DNA from: an uncultured Chloroflexia bacterium
Lineage (GTDB): Bacteria > Chloroflexota > Anaerolineae > Anaerolineales > UBA11858
Direction: 5' to 3'
Assembly (NCBI GenBank): GCA_963695575.1
Contig: CAVOGS010000009.1
Span: 3,329 to 67,328 of the forward strand
DNA: 64,000 bases
The translations under genes were made by a program, and so were the position numbers. The notes below the pieces were generated by a model that was not told the origin of the DNA, did no database searches, and saw nothing but the letters and a program-made list of their open reading frames with translations. How positions within the stretch are numbered: the first letter of the stretch is position 1; the number at the start of each line of letters is the position of its first letter. Below, piece by piece: positions 56,157 to 64,000 of the stretch.

Positions 56157-58760
56157 ATGAATAGCCAAAATAAGTATCGGTTTTTATTTTATTTATTCCT
56201 GGTTTTAATCTTGATCCTGACTGCCTGTACTCCTCAGGCAACTCCAACACCAACCATCTATGCCCCAGGTTGTAGTGTTTCAAACTTGATCACTTATCTA
56301 GATTCCTTAAATGCAAATTCACCTCCCGCGGTCATCAATCTGGATCCGGGTTGTGTATATCCCATCACCCAATCACATAACACATCCGGGTTGCCCTCTA
56401 TGCTTATTTATAATGGCCTGCCGCAAATCGTTAGCAATGTCACCATTTACGGCAATAATGCCGTGATCGATATCCAGGGAAATTTAATTGGGCACTTCTT
56501 CATAGACCTAGGTGGGGATCTGGAGCTGTACAATCTGACCTTGAGCAACGGCGCCAGGCCATTTGGTGGAGCAGTAGTCAATTTGGGTGGGGATTTCTTT
56601 GCGTCCGGGACCACCTTTATGAATAATACAGCTTTCCCTGCAGGTGATAATGTTGGCAGGGGTGGGGCGATCTATAACGAAGATGGTCGGGTGAGAATTA
56701 TTGATAATTCACATTTTGAGAATAACCATGCTGGAGAAACCTTGACTTCAGGGTTCAATCTCGGGGGTGCGATATATAACCTGAATGGGTCCCTCACGGT
56801 ATCCAATACCTCTTTCCTGAGTAACTATGCGGTTGGTCAGGGCGGGGCGATTTTTTCCATGAAAGATGCCTCTGATGAAGCGGGTGCGTTTATCACAATT
56901 AATGAGACGGAATTTCTCGACAATTACGCGAATGAAGATGGCGGAGCGCTGATGGTGGTCGATGAGAACAGCACCGTTTTTATCGTTCGATCTGAATTCA
57001 GGGATAACCGGGTGGATCACTATGGAGGCGCGATCTTCGCTGATGGGTCCCATGTGGACGGAACAGAAAATGATTTCAGAAACAATATTGCCATGTTTGG
57101 TGGAGCTGTTTATTCGAAAAGCCCTGCTGAAGGATCGGGCGCTATCTATACGAGCTATCGTTCATCATTCTCAGAGAATTCCGCATCGGAGGTAGGTGGG
57201 GCGATCTTCTCTGAGAATGCTGATCTCACCATAGATGATGTTTTGATGGGTTTTAATACAGCCAATAGCTGTGGAGCAATCAGCACTGGAGGAGATCCAT
57301 CAATTGATATCGCGGCCGGGGATCTGGAAACGGCGCCGCGCATTGTATCTCTCACGCAAATCTCAGACAGTCATTTTCATGGCAATAATGCCCTTCAATC
57401 CCACGGCGGTGCGATATGCCATGTGATGGGGGATCTCTCAGTTCAAAATACAAACTTTGAAGTTAATAGTGCTGTGTCAGTAGGCGGCGGATTGCTGCTT
57501 CTTGATGATAATCAACTTTCTGGATTGAGATTAGAAAGCAACTCAGCTGAACGGGGAGGCGGCATTGCCATCGGGTATCCGGGAAACTTCACACCGAATA
57601 TGACTGTTGCAGGCCCTATTAATTTAACTGTTATCACGACAGTATCAGGTTCCGTATTCAATAATAACGAATCCATATTCAGGGGAGGTGGTATTTGGTC
57701 TGATCAATTCGGATCGACCAGCATCTCAAAGACTACATTTTCTGGCAATACCACGAAATTTGGCGGAGGAATTTACAGCAGTTTTGGGGACCTGTATATC
57801 ACAAACAGCACATTCTCTGGGAATATCGCCTGGAGGGGAGGTGGAATAAACAAGCCGAATATAGTTTCACCTCCTGACCTGGTTCTAAAGCACTCAACTT
57901 TTGCATTTAATATTGCTACTGAACAAGATGACGGAGGTAATTATTGGAACGTGGGTTGGGGAGGAGGAGCCCTTAATGTTGGGGGAAAAGCTTCAGTTAT
58001 TAACTCCTTGTTTATTGAAAATCTGCCAATGAATTGCCAGCTCAGCAATGGTATGAATTATTCAGAATCAGGAAGTTATGGTACAGATAATACTTGTGGA
58101 GGAACCGTAGAAACCAGTCCTATGATCACTGGACTGACCTATGCTGGTTACCCGACTGGTGTTCATAAACTGTTACCGGGAAGTCCTTTGATCGATGTGC
58201 TGCCTAATTGTGCGAGCCTCCCAGATGATCAGCGCGGTACTGTCCGGCCAACGGGAGCTGGGTGTGAGCCTGGTTCTTACGAACTTGATGAAACCGACCT
58301 TCCTGCTCCGCCGCCGATGCCGAACACATCTGATTGTGATCCATTTGCTGACACCGAATACAGACTGGTGATGTTAAATGTTGCTCCCGGTTCAACGGAT
58401 CTGACCCTTTATTTGAAAGTGACGGGTGGTGTTCAGGTAGCTCTGCCAGCGATCCAGGCTGGAGAGATCCAGGATGCCATTACTGCTATGCTGGGAAATA
58501 CAGCAGCCAATTTATGCAACCTGCAGGGATTTGATGACAGGATTTACTGTATGTTTACCCTCCCGCCCAGTGCCCTGGGCACAACCCAGGATCTGAAATT
58601 TTTTACGCCGGAGTGTGATGACCCGGTCCTTCTGCTGCCTGCGGTTTCTATCCCGTCACCGAATCCTGTCTGCAAGCAAAGTCTTGGCAAGGAAGACTGC
58701 AAAGCGGCAGGTGGAGAATTTTCAGAGGGCAGAACAAGCTCTACTTGTCAATGTCCCTGA
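56157..58760 (+). CDS. Lipoprotein with Pmp-type parallel beta-helix repeats (GGAI/GGAL motifs) and a Cys-rich C-terminal domain
   Basis: This 867-aa ORF has a lipobox LILTAC and at least 12 repeats with GGA[IVL][YF]. A choice-of-anchor-Q-like segment reads LLPGSPLIDV..DDQRGTVRPTGAGCEPGSYE. The C-terminus reads ..CKAAGGEFSEGRTSSTCQCP. Confidence 0.8.
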   Translation: MNSQNKYRFLFYLFLVLILILTACTPQATPTPTIYAPGCSVSNLITYLDSLNANSPPAVINLDPGCVYPITQSHNTSGLPSMLIYNGLPQIVSNVTIYGNNAVIDIQGNLIGHFFIDLGGDLELYNLTLSNGARPFGGAVVNLGGDFFASGTTFMNNTAFPAGDNVGRGGAIYNEDGRVRIIDNSHFENNHAGETLTSGFNLGGAIYNLNGSLTVSNTSFLSNYAVGQGGAIFSMKDASDEAGAFITINETEFLDNYANEDGGALMVVDENSTVFIVRSEFRDNRVDHYGGAIFADGSHVDGTENDFRNNIAMFGGAVYSKSPAEGSGAIYTSYRSSFSENSASEVGGAIFSENADLTIDDVLMGFNTANSCGAISTGGDPSIDIAAGDLETAPRIVSLTQISDSHFHGNNALQSHGGAICHVMGDLSVQNTNFEVNSAVSVGGGLLLLDDNQLSGLRLESNSAERGGGIAIGYPGNFTPNMTVAGPINLTVITTVSGSVFNNNESIFRGGGIWSDQFGSTSISKTTFSGNTTKFGGGIYSSFGDLYITNSTFSGNIAWRGGGINKPNIVSPPDLVLKHSTFAFNIATEQDDGGNYWNVGWGGGALNVGGKASVINSLFIENLPMNCQLSNGMNYSESGSYGTDNTCGGTVETSPMITGLTYAGYPTGVHKLLPGSPLIDVLPNCASLPDDQRGTVRPTGAGCEPGSYELDETDLPAPPPMPNTSDCDPFADTEYRLVMLNVAPGSTDLTLYLKVTGGVQVALPAIQAGEIQDAITAMLGNTAANLCNLQGFDDRIYCMFTLPPSALGTTQDLKFFTPECDDPVLLLPAVSIPSPNPVCKQSLGKEDCKAAGGEFSEGRTSSTCQCP

Positions 58761-58770
58761 AATGAGGTAA

Positions 58771-58798
58771 TTGAATAGTTCCAGGGGCAATGTATAAT
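58771..58798 (+). promoter_or_regulatory. Sigma70-type promoter; the predicted transcription start site (TSS) coincides with the kinase ATG, so the mRNA may be leaderless
   Basis: TTGAAT (58771-58776), a 16-nt spacer and TATAAT (58793-58798). The ATG is at 58806 and there is no SD. Confidence 0.45.
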
Positions 58799-58805
58799 CA
58801 GATGT

Positions 58806-60437
58806 ATGGATAACCTTGTTGAAGGCTACAAAACCCTCAATGAGATCGCTTCAGTTGTCAGCCAATCACTCGATCTGAAAGAGGTGCTGGGCAGCGCCCT
58901 GGATAAGGTCCTGCAGGCTACCTGCCTGGAGATCGGGGGTATCTATCTGCTTAATGAACAATCCCGGATCCTGTCCATTCATGCCCAAAGGGGTTTTTCA
59001 GTTGATTTTGCCAGAGCCATCGATCACCTGGAGATCGGAGAAGGTTTTTCGGGCCAGGTTGTAGAGTCCGGCGAACCTTTGGTGATCCGGGATATCACAA
59101 AAGACAAACGCCTATCCCGGGGGATTGTCAAAGAAGAAGGATTTAAATCGCTCCTGGTTGTCCCTTTATGTTCAAAAAGTAGAACGCTGGGAACACTCTT
59201 CCTGATATCTAAGGAACTTCGCAATTTCAACGATGATGAGATCGGTTTATTGATCTCGGCCGGCCAGCAGATCGGTGTGGCAGTAGATAATGCTTCCCTG
59301 TTCCAGGCCCAACAGCACAGGGCAGAACAATTCCGGGTCATCGCCGATGTTGGACGGCAGATCACTTCGATTATGGATATCGATGCCCTGCTAGACCATG
59401 TTGTCAAATTAATCCAAAAAACTTTTAAATATGATCATGTGGCAATCGCCACTATTGAAGATAACTACGCTGTCTACCGGTTCGGTGCTGGTCGATTGTG
59501 GGAAGACCCGGCATTTGACTTCAACCCTTCTCACCTGAAGGTCGGCTCGGAAGGCGTGACCGGAAGGGTGGCAGCCTCAGGAAGCCTGGTTTATTTGCCC
59601 GATGTTCGGGAGGATCCAGGCTATGTGGAGATGAAAGGCAGCGGTACTCTGTCAGAATTGACGGTACCGGTGAAAATCAAGGGAAAAGTGATTGGGGTTT
59701 TAGATGTTCAGAGCGATAGAGTAAACGCATTTGACGAAACCGATCTGGTTGTTATGCAATCATTGGCGGACCAGACTGCTGTAGCGATCGAAAATGCCCG
59801 GCTCTATAAACAAGCCAGACAGCTGGCGGTTATCGAAGAGAGGAATCGCCTGGCCCGGGAACTGCATGATTCAGTGACCCAGGCTTTATACGGGATCACT
59901 TTGCATGCTGAAGCTGCTTTCCGGCAGCTGGAGGCCAAAAACATAGAATTAGCCAATGATCAGCTGCGTGAGCTGCGAGCCACAGCCCAGGAAGCGTTAA
60001 GGGAAATGCGTCTGCTGATCTTTGAACTCCGTCCCTCAGTGGTGGAAATGCAGGGCCTGGTACCTGCCCTGCGTGCCAGGCTGGAAGCTGTCGAAGAACG
60101 GGCCGGCATGCAGGTGGATATCAACATGGATGAAAATCTGGAGCTTTCCGACCGCATCCAGGATGGGTTGTACAGGATTGCCCAGGAAGCGCTTAACAAT
60201 GCCCTCAAACATGCCAAGGCCAGTCATATCACCCTTAATTTGAAAGGAACCCTTTCCAAAGTCACTATGGAGATTATGGATGATGGAGTGGGATTTATAC
60301 CCGATGAGGCTGTTCCAGGCGGGGGTTTGGGTTTGGACGGGATCATTGAGCGGGCAGAACTTCTTAATAGTGAGCTAATGATTGACAGCTGGCCCGGAAA
60401 AGGAACAACGATAAGGATCGAGGTCCCCTATGACTGA
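58806..60437 (+). CDS. Cytoplasmic GAF-GAF sensor histidine kinase (HisKA_3/NarX-type)
   Basis: This 543-aa ORF has two GAF modules, the H-box ERNRLARELHDSVTQAL, and HATPase N/G boxes (..ALNNALKHA.., ..DDGVGF.., ..GGGLGLDG..). Confidence 0.88.
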   Translation: MDNLVEGYKTLNEIASVVSQSLDLKEVLGSALDKVLQATCLEIGGIYLLNEQSRILSIHAQRGFSVDFARAIDHLEIGEGFSGQVVESGEPLVIRDITKDKRLSRGIVKEEGFKSLLVVPLCSKSRTLGTLFLISKELRNFNDDEIGLLISAGQQIGVAVDNASLFQAQQHRAEQFRVIADVGRQITSIMDIDALLDHVVKLIQKTFKYDHVAIATIEDNYAVYRFGAGRLWEDPAFDFNPSHLKVGSEGVTGRVAASGSLVYLPDVREDPGYVEMKGSGTLSELTVPVKIKGKVIGVLDVQSDRVNAFDETDLVVMQSLADQTAVAIENARLYKQARQLAVIEERNRLARELHDSVTQALYGITLHAEAAFRQLEAKNIELANDQLRELRATAQEALREMRLLIFELRPSVVEMQGLVPALRARLEAVEERAGMQVDINMDENLELSDRIQDGLYRIAQEALNNALKHAKASHITLNLKGTLSKVTMEIMDDGVGFIPDEAVPGGGLGLDGIIERAELLNSELMIDSWPGKGTTIRIEVPYD

Positions 60438-61092
60438 TGAAATCATTCGAATTATGATTGTTGATGATCACGCGGTTGTCCGAAAAGGCATCCAGGCTTT
60501 GCTGGCAACAGAGCCTTCCCTGGAAGTGATTGGGGAAGCGGAAGACGGCCTTCAGGCAGTGACCCTATTCGAGGAATTGAAACCAGATGTATTGCTCTTG
60601 GACCTGCTGATGCCCAGGATGTCCGGTATTGAAGTGATCCGGGAACTCAAAGGAAAATACAAAAATGTAAAAATCCTGGTCCTGACCAGTTTTGCGGCTG
60701 ATGAACAGGTGTTTCCAGCTATCAAGGCTGGTGCTCTAGGTTATTTATTAAAGGATACCCAACCAGAGGATCTGATCGAAGCCATCAGGCAGGTTTATAA
60801 GGGGGAATCGTCTTTGTCTCCGTCTGTGGCCCGCAAGGTACTGGAGGAAGTTTTCCGCCCGGGAGATAAACCTTTAAGTCCTGACCCGCTCACAAACCGG
60901 GAGCTAGAAGTCCTCCAGGTTCTGGCCAAAGGCAAAAGCAATCGCGAGATCGGAAAGATCTTATCCATCACAGAAGCGACTGTGCGAACCCACGTCAGCA
61001 ACATCCTGGCCAAACTGCATCTGGCCAGCCGCACGGAAGCTGCCCTCTATGCCATCAAAGAGGGTATGGCAAAACTGGATGGGGATGATTGA
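60430..61092 (+). CDS. NarL/LuxR-family response regulator
   Basis: This 220-aa ORF has a receiver domain (IVDDH..LLLDLLMP) plus a LuxR HTH (LTNRELEVLQVLAKGKSNREIGKILSITEATVRTHVSNI). It overlaps the kinase gene by 8 nt. Confidence 0.92.
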   Translation: MTDEIIRIMIVDDHAVVRKGIQALLATEPSLEVIGEAEDGLQAVTLFEELKPDVLLLDLLMPRMSGIEVIRELKGKYKNVKILVLTSFAADEQVFPAIKAGALGYLLKDTQPEDLIEAIRQVYKGESSLSPSVARKVLEEVFRPGDKPLSPDPLTNRELEVLQVLAKGKSNREIGKILSITEATVRTHVSNILAKLHLASRTEAALYAIKEGMAKLDGDD

Positions 61093-61212
61093 TCTGATCC
61101 ACCGCCCAATCATTATCTATCCAGCCTGATTTTTTACCTACACCATTTGGATGACTCTCCTTCATCCAGAGTTCCGTCTTTCCCCGATAAAAGATAGTCC
61201 TTATTACTTGCC

Positions 61213-61256
61213 AAAAATCCCCTCTTTAGCCGATGTGTTAGAGAGGGGATTTTTGT
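61213..61256 (+). terminator. Intrinsic terminator
   Basis: AAAAATCCCCTCT (61213-61225) / AGAGGGGATTTTT (61242-61254). Confidence 0.75.
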
Positions 61257-61396
61257 ATGATTGGGGCAAGTATTAATTACTAGCAGGAGTGAAAAACTGA
61301 ATGACAGCCTTTAGCGATATTATTTACCCGGCAGCCGTTCTTTCTTATCCAGTGCAAGATAACTTTATTGATCGATTTTTGGAAAGGAGTGCTGTT

Positions 61397-61756
61397 TTGT
61401 ATAAAGTCCTGATCACTGACGACCGCGTGACTTCAAGAAAAGGATTACGCGCCCTGATGTTAACCCAGCCAGATATCCAGGTTGTAGGTGAGGCAAATAA
61501 CGGAGAACGGGCGCTCCAATTCATTGAAAAGAACAAACCTGATGTAGTACTGATGGACGCCTTTATGCCAAAAATGAACGGCCTGGAGGCCACCAGGATC
61601 ATAAAGAGTAAATGGCGTAATATCCGGGTGGTGATCCTGACTTTACATGGCGATATCAGAGAGGAAGCCATTGCGGCGGGCGCGGATGCTTTTTTAGTCA
61701 AAGGTTGTTCTCCGGATGACCTGATCCGCGAGATCAAAAATGAAAGGAGAAAATAA
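61397..61756 (+). CDS. Stand-alone receiver-domain response regulator
   Basis: The ORF 61301-61756 is trimmed to TTG 61397, 7 nt after AAGGAG (MYKVLITDD..VVLMDAFMPKMNG..VVILT..). Confidence 0.75.
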   Translation: MYKVLITDDRVTSRKGLRALMLTQPDIQVVGEANNGERALQFIEKNKPDVVLMDAFMPKMNGLEATRIIKSKWRNIRVVILTLHGDIREEAIAAGADAFLVKGCSPDDLIREIKNERRK

Positions 61757-61757
61757 G

Positions 61758-61991
61758 ATGACTTTTAATCCCGGTTATGCTGAGCTTTTAGGCAAGGAGT
61801 TGCAGCGGAACAGGATGCGTGAAGCTGAAAAGGCGCGCTTGATCCGGACAGTAACCCTTGCCAATCCCTCCACTGCAAAAAAGGTCTGGATAATTTTCAG
61901 GTCGCGCTGGAAGGATCTAAGGAAACCAAAATTCAATCTAGAACATTACACCCCGGTTCCACCGCTGCCAAAGAAATCTCACAGCCTGTGA
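61758..61991 (+). CDS. Small hypothetical protein (77 aa)
   Basis: The ATG at 61758 lies 7 nt after AAAGGAG and 1 nt after the regulator stop. The N-terminal helix reads YAELLGKELQRNRMREAEKARLIR. Confidence 0.45.
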   Translation: MTFNPGYAELLGKELQRNRMREAEKARLIRTVTLANPSTAKKVWIIFRSRWKDLRKPKFNLEHYTPVPPLPKKSHSL

Positions 61992-62026
61992 GTTAATTTC
62001 TCATTCTTCTTCTCTTAGCTGCCCGC

Positions 62027-62063
62027 GGGAGGCGCCGCTGATCGCAAGCAGCAGGCGCCTCCC
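62027..62063. other. GC-rich long hairpin without a U-tract
   Basis: GGAGGCGCC (62028-62036) / GGCGCCTCC (62054-62062), extendable with GCTG/CAGC. Confidence 0.4.
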
Positions 62064-62115
62064 CGGCGGAGGGGAGGAATGAAATGAATAGCTCAAAATT
62101 TTTTTAGGAGGAATA

Positions 62116-62304
62116 ATGTCTACAGAAAATGAAACTAAAAAACCTGGCAGGATCAGTTATACATCCGCAGGAATGGGGCTTGGCCTGGTTTTGGGAGGCA
62201 TCCTGGGCTTGCTGATCGATAACCTGGCCTTCTCGGCCGGCGGCGGGATGATCCTGGGATTGGCTTTCGGCCTGGCGCTTGAAAAAAGAAAAGCGTCCCA
62301 ATAA
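62116..62304 (+). CDS. Small glycine-zipper membrane protein (62 aa)
   Basis: The ATG lies 6 nt after AGGAGG. The product contains GMGLGLVLGGILGLL..GGGMILGLAFGLAL. Confidence 0.55.
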   Translation: MSTENETKKPGRISYTSAGMGLGLVLGGILGLLIDNLAFSAGGGMILGLAFGLALEKRKASQ

Positions 62305-62376
62305 ACAGAATACCAACGAAATTGGAGCAGGATGATCCACAAAGGCCTGCTCCAATCCATTATGTACCAGAAAATA

Positions 62377-63219
62377 ATGGAGAATCAAATGGAAAAATCA
62401 AATCAACAGAATTTGCATCATTCTCAGGATCGCCCTGGCCCTGATCCTGTTCTCGATATTAATAAAAGTCGACTCCATTCTCCAGTTGGCAAATATTTTG
62501 GCTGATCGGGGATGGTCACTGCTCCCTATCCTGCTGGTCATCACCGGGATCAGGCTGATCCTGGCCGGATTGGCGGTGGTTTTGGTCATGCCGCTGATCC
62601 TGGGAGAGACGACAATTCTAGAGCAGCTCTAGCGCGGTATGTACGGATTGACGCCAAGCTGATTGCTGGCCGGGATCCTCTCCTTTGCCCTCTTTTGTGC
62701 TCTGGCGGCAGGGCTCTCCCTTGCCCTGGGAATCTTCAAGGGTGATCTGGCAGCCGTTTTAGCCTTCCCGGATCTCAGGCCGGATCCCGATGTGGTCGGC
62801 TGGGGGTATTTCCTCCTGGCATTGGTCCCGGGCATCTGGGAAGAGCTGGCCTTTCGCGGCTGGATCCAATCCTCGCTGCTGAAGAAATATTCGACCCTGG
62901 ATTTCGGTCTTGCTCAGCTCGGTATTCTTTTCACTGTTCCATTTTTCCAACCTGGTAAATCAGGATCCCACCCAGGTTTTGCTGGGTGTGGTCATGGCTT
63001 TCTTCTTTGGACTGGGCTGGGGATGGCTGGTTTTCCGCTCAGGCAGTGTGGTGCCCGCTGATCATTTCCCATTACCTGGTGGATTCTGTGGGGCAGGTCT
63101 TCATCAACGTCAATGATACCAATCTGATTTTGGCCTCGCAGTTTATGCTGCTGCTGACCTTGTTATATCCCGCGTTGACAATACTCCTGGCGAAGTTCAT
63201 GTTCACCGAGAAGAATTAA
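62377..63219 (+). pseudogene. CPBP-family (CAAX-type) intramembrane protease, at least 4 frameshifts
   Basis: The catalytic motifs are spread over three frames: WEELAFRG (ORF 62663-63061), FSLFHFSN (62910-63116) and SHYLVD (62986-63219). The N-terminal TM region is shifted at an A-run at 62392-62396. Confidence 0.75.
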
Positions 63220-63230
63220 GGAGACACTTT

Positions 63231-64000
63231 ATGGAACCAATTCACCCCTCCCTCGCAAGACCTTCCACTGGAAGCAAACAAAGCTTTAGTATTGAACCTT
63301 TCGATAACTGTTGCTGTGTTAATGACGTTAATATCTGGATTGGGATTCCTCCTTCCAAATGTTTTTTACCCGACCCCGGGATTGTTGGAGAATTATCTCG
63401 CCAACGATATCGTGAATATCATGCTCGGGCTGCCGCTGTTCATCGCAGCCTTGGCCTTGTTAAAAAAGGAAAGCTGCTGGGGGCCCTCCTGCTCCCGGGC
63501 GCTTTGGTTTATGTGATCTATAACTATATCGCCTATTTGCTTGGCAGGGCCTGGTCCTGGATATCCATTATTAACCTCCTTCTGGTGGTTCTCAGTGTCA
63601 TTGCCCTGGTCCTTCTTCTGAAATCCATCGACCATCAGGATGTAATGGGAAAGCTGGAAGGTAGGGTGAGAGAAAAAATATCCGGCTGGATCCTGGTGGT
63701 ATTCGGCCTGGCTTTTATTGCCCTGGCGGTGTCAACCATCGTCGCGGGAATCCAAGAGGGAACGATCCCTCCCCTGGGCGAGAACGCTGTATCTGTCGCT
63801 GATATCGTGGTTTCGCTGGGCTGGGTCTGGGGCGGGATACTGCTGCTCAGGAAAAAGCCCCTGGGATATTCAACAGGGTTGGGGCTGCTGGTCGCAGCCA
63901 GTTTCCTCTTTTTAGGTTTGGTCCTGTTCTTTTTTATTGCGCCCCTGGTCGCTGGCCGGGCTTTCGATTGGATCGAGGTCAGCACTGTTTTAGCGATGGG
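63231..64000 (+). pseudogene. Polytopic membrane protein, 3' end outside the window, at least 2 frameshifts
   Basis: The ATG at 63231 lies 7 nt after AAGGAG. The TM-rich sequence continues in frame 1 (ORF 63292-63516). It then runs in a third frame, open to the window end (..GALVYVIYNYIAYLLGRAW..LGLLVAASFLFLGLVLFFFIAPLV..). Confidence 0.55.

Noticed and set aside
1-64000. A search by eye for tRNA/rRNA genes, transposases, integrases, phage genes and CRISPR arrays.
   Set aside because: No T-loop-like GGTTCGA motif was found outside coding sequence. No DDE or tyrosine-recombinase-like ORFs and no regular direct-repeat arrays were seen.

Overview
This is a 64-kb chromosomal segment from a moderate-GC bacterium. 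The gene content includes many PAS/GAF/HD-GYP sensors, a Pmp-type beta-helix lipoprotein, an NBR1-like Ig protein, a T-box on thrS, a hairpin leader on panB and a TIGR02436-type four-helix-bundle gene. That mix fits a Chloroflexota/Anaerolineae-like anaerobe best, but this is inference only. About 60 genes are present. They include uvrA (5' truncated), a two-subunit ADP-forming acetyl-CoA synthetase, a glutaconate-type CoA-transferase pair, panB, comM and infC-rplT-thrS with a T-box leader. A formate/one-carbon cluster runs folD-fhs-fdhD-nuoE-like-nuoF-like-fdhA, and fdhA carries an in-frame UGA (selenocysteine) followed by a SECIS-like hairpin. Also present are an orphan CcrM-like adenine methyltransferase, a 1766-aa PAS/GAF/HD-GYP protein, an ECF sigma/anti-sigma fusion beside a beta-helix lipoprotein, and a GAF histidine kinase/NarL regulator pair. 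I saw no rRNA, tRNA, CRISPR array, transposase or integrase. About a dozen genes are interrupted by roughly 25-30 frameshifts. Those I inspected closely lie mostly at short homopolymers, and they cluster in particular loci while long neighbouring genes are clean. The most interesting candidates are: (i) a VTC-domain/DUF4956/CotH-kinase triad; (ii) an anti-sigma sensor domain paralogous to the C-terminus of the adjacent lipoprotein; (iii) an orphan protein with a Pol-beta nucleotidyltransferase signature; (iv) a four-helix-bundle gene bracketed by AT-rich inverted repeats; and (v) a GGQ release-factor-like protein with a basic N-terminal extension. All family assignments rest on motif recognition by eye, and no searches were run.
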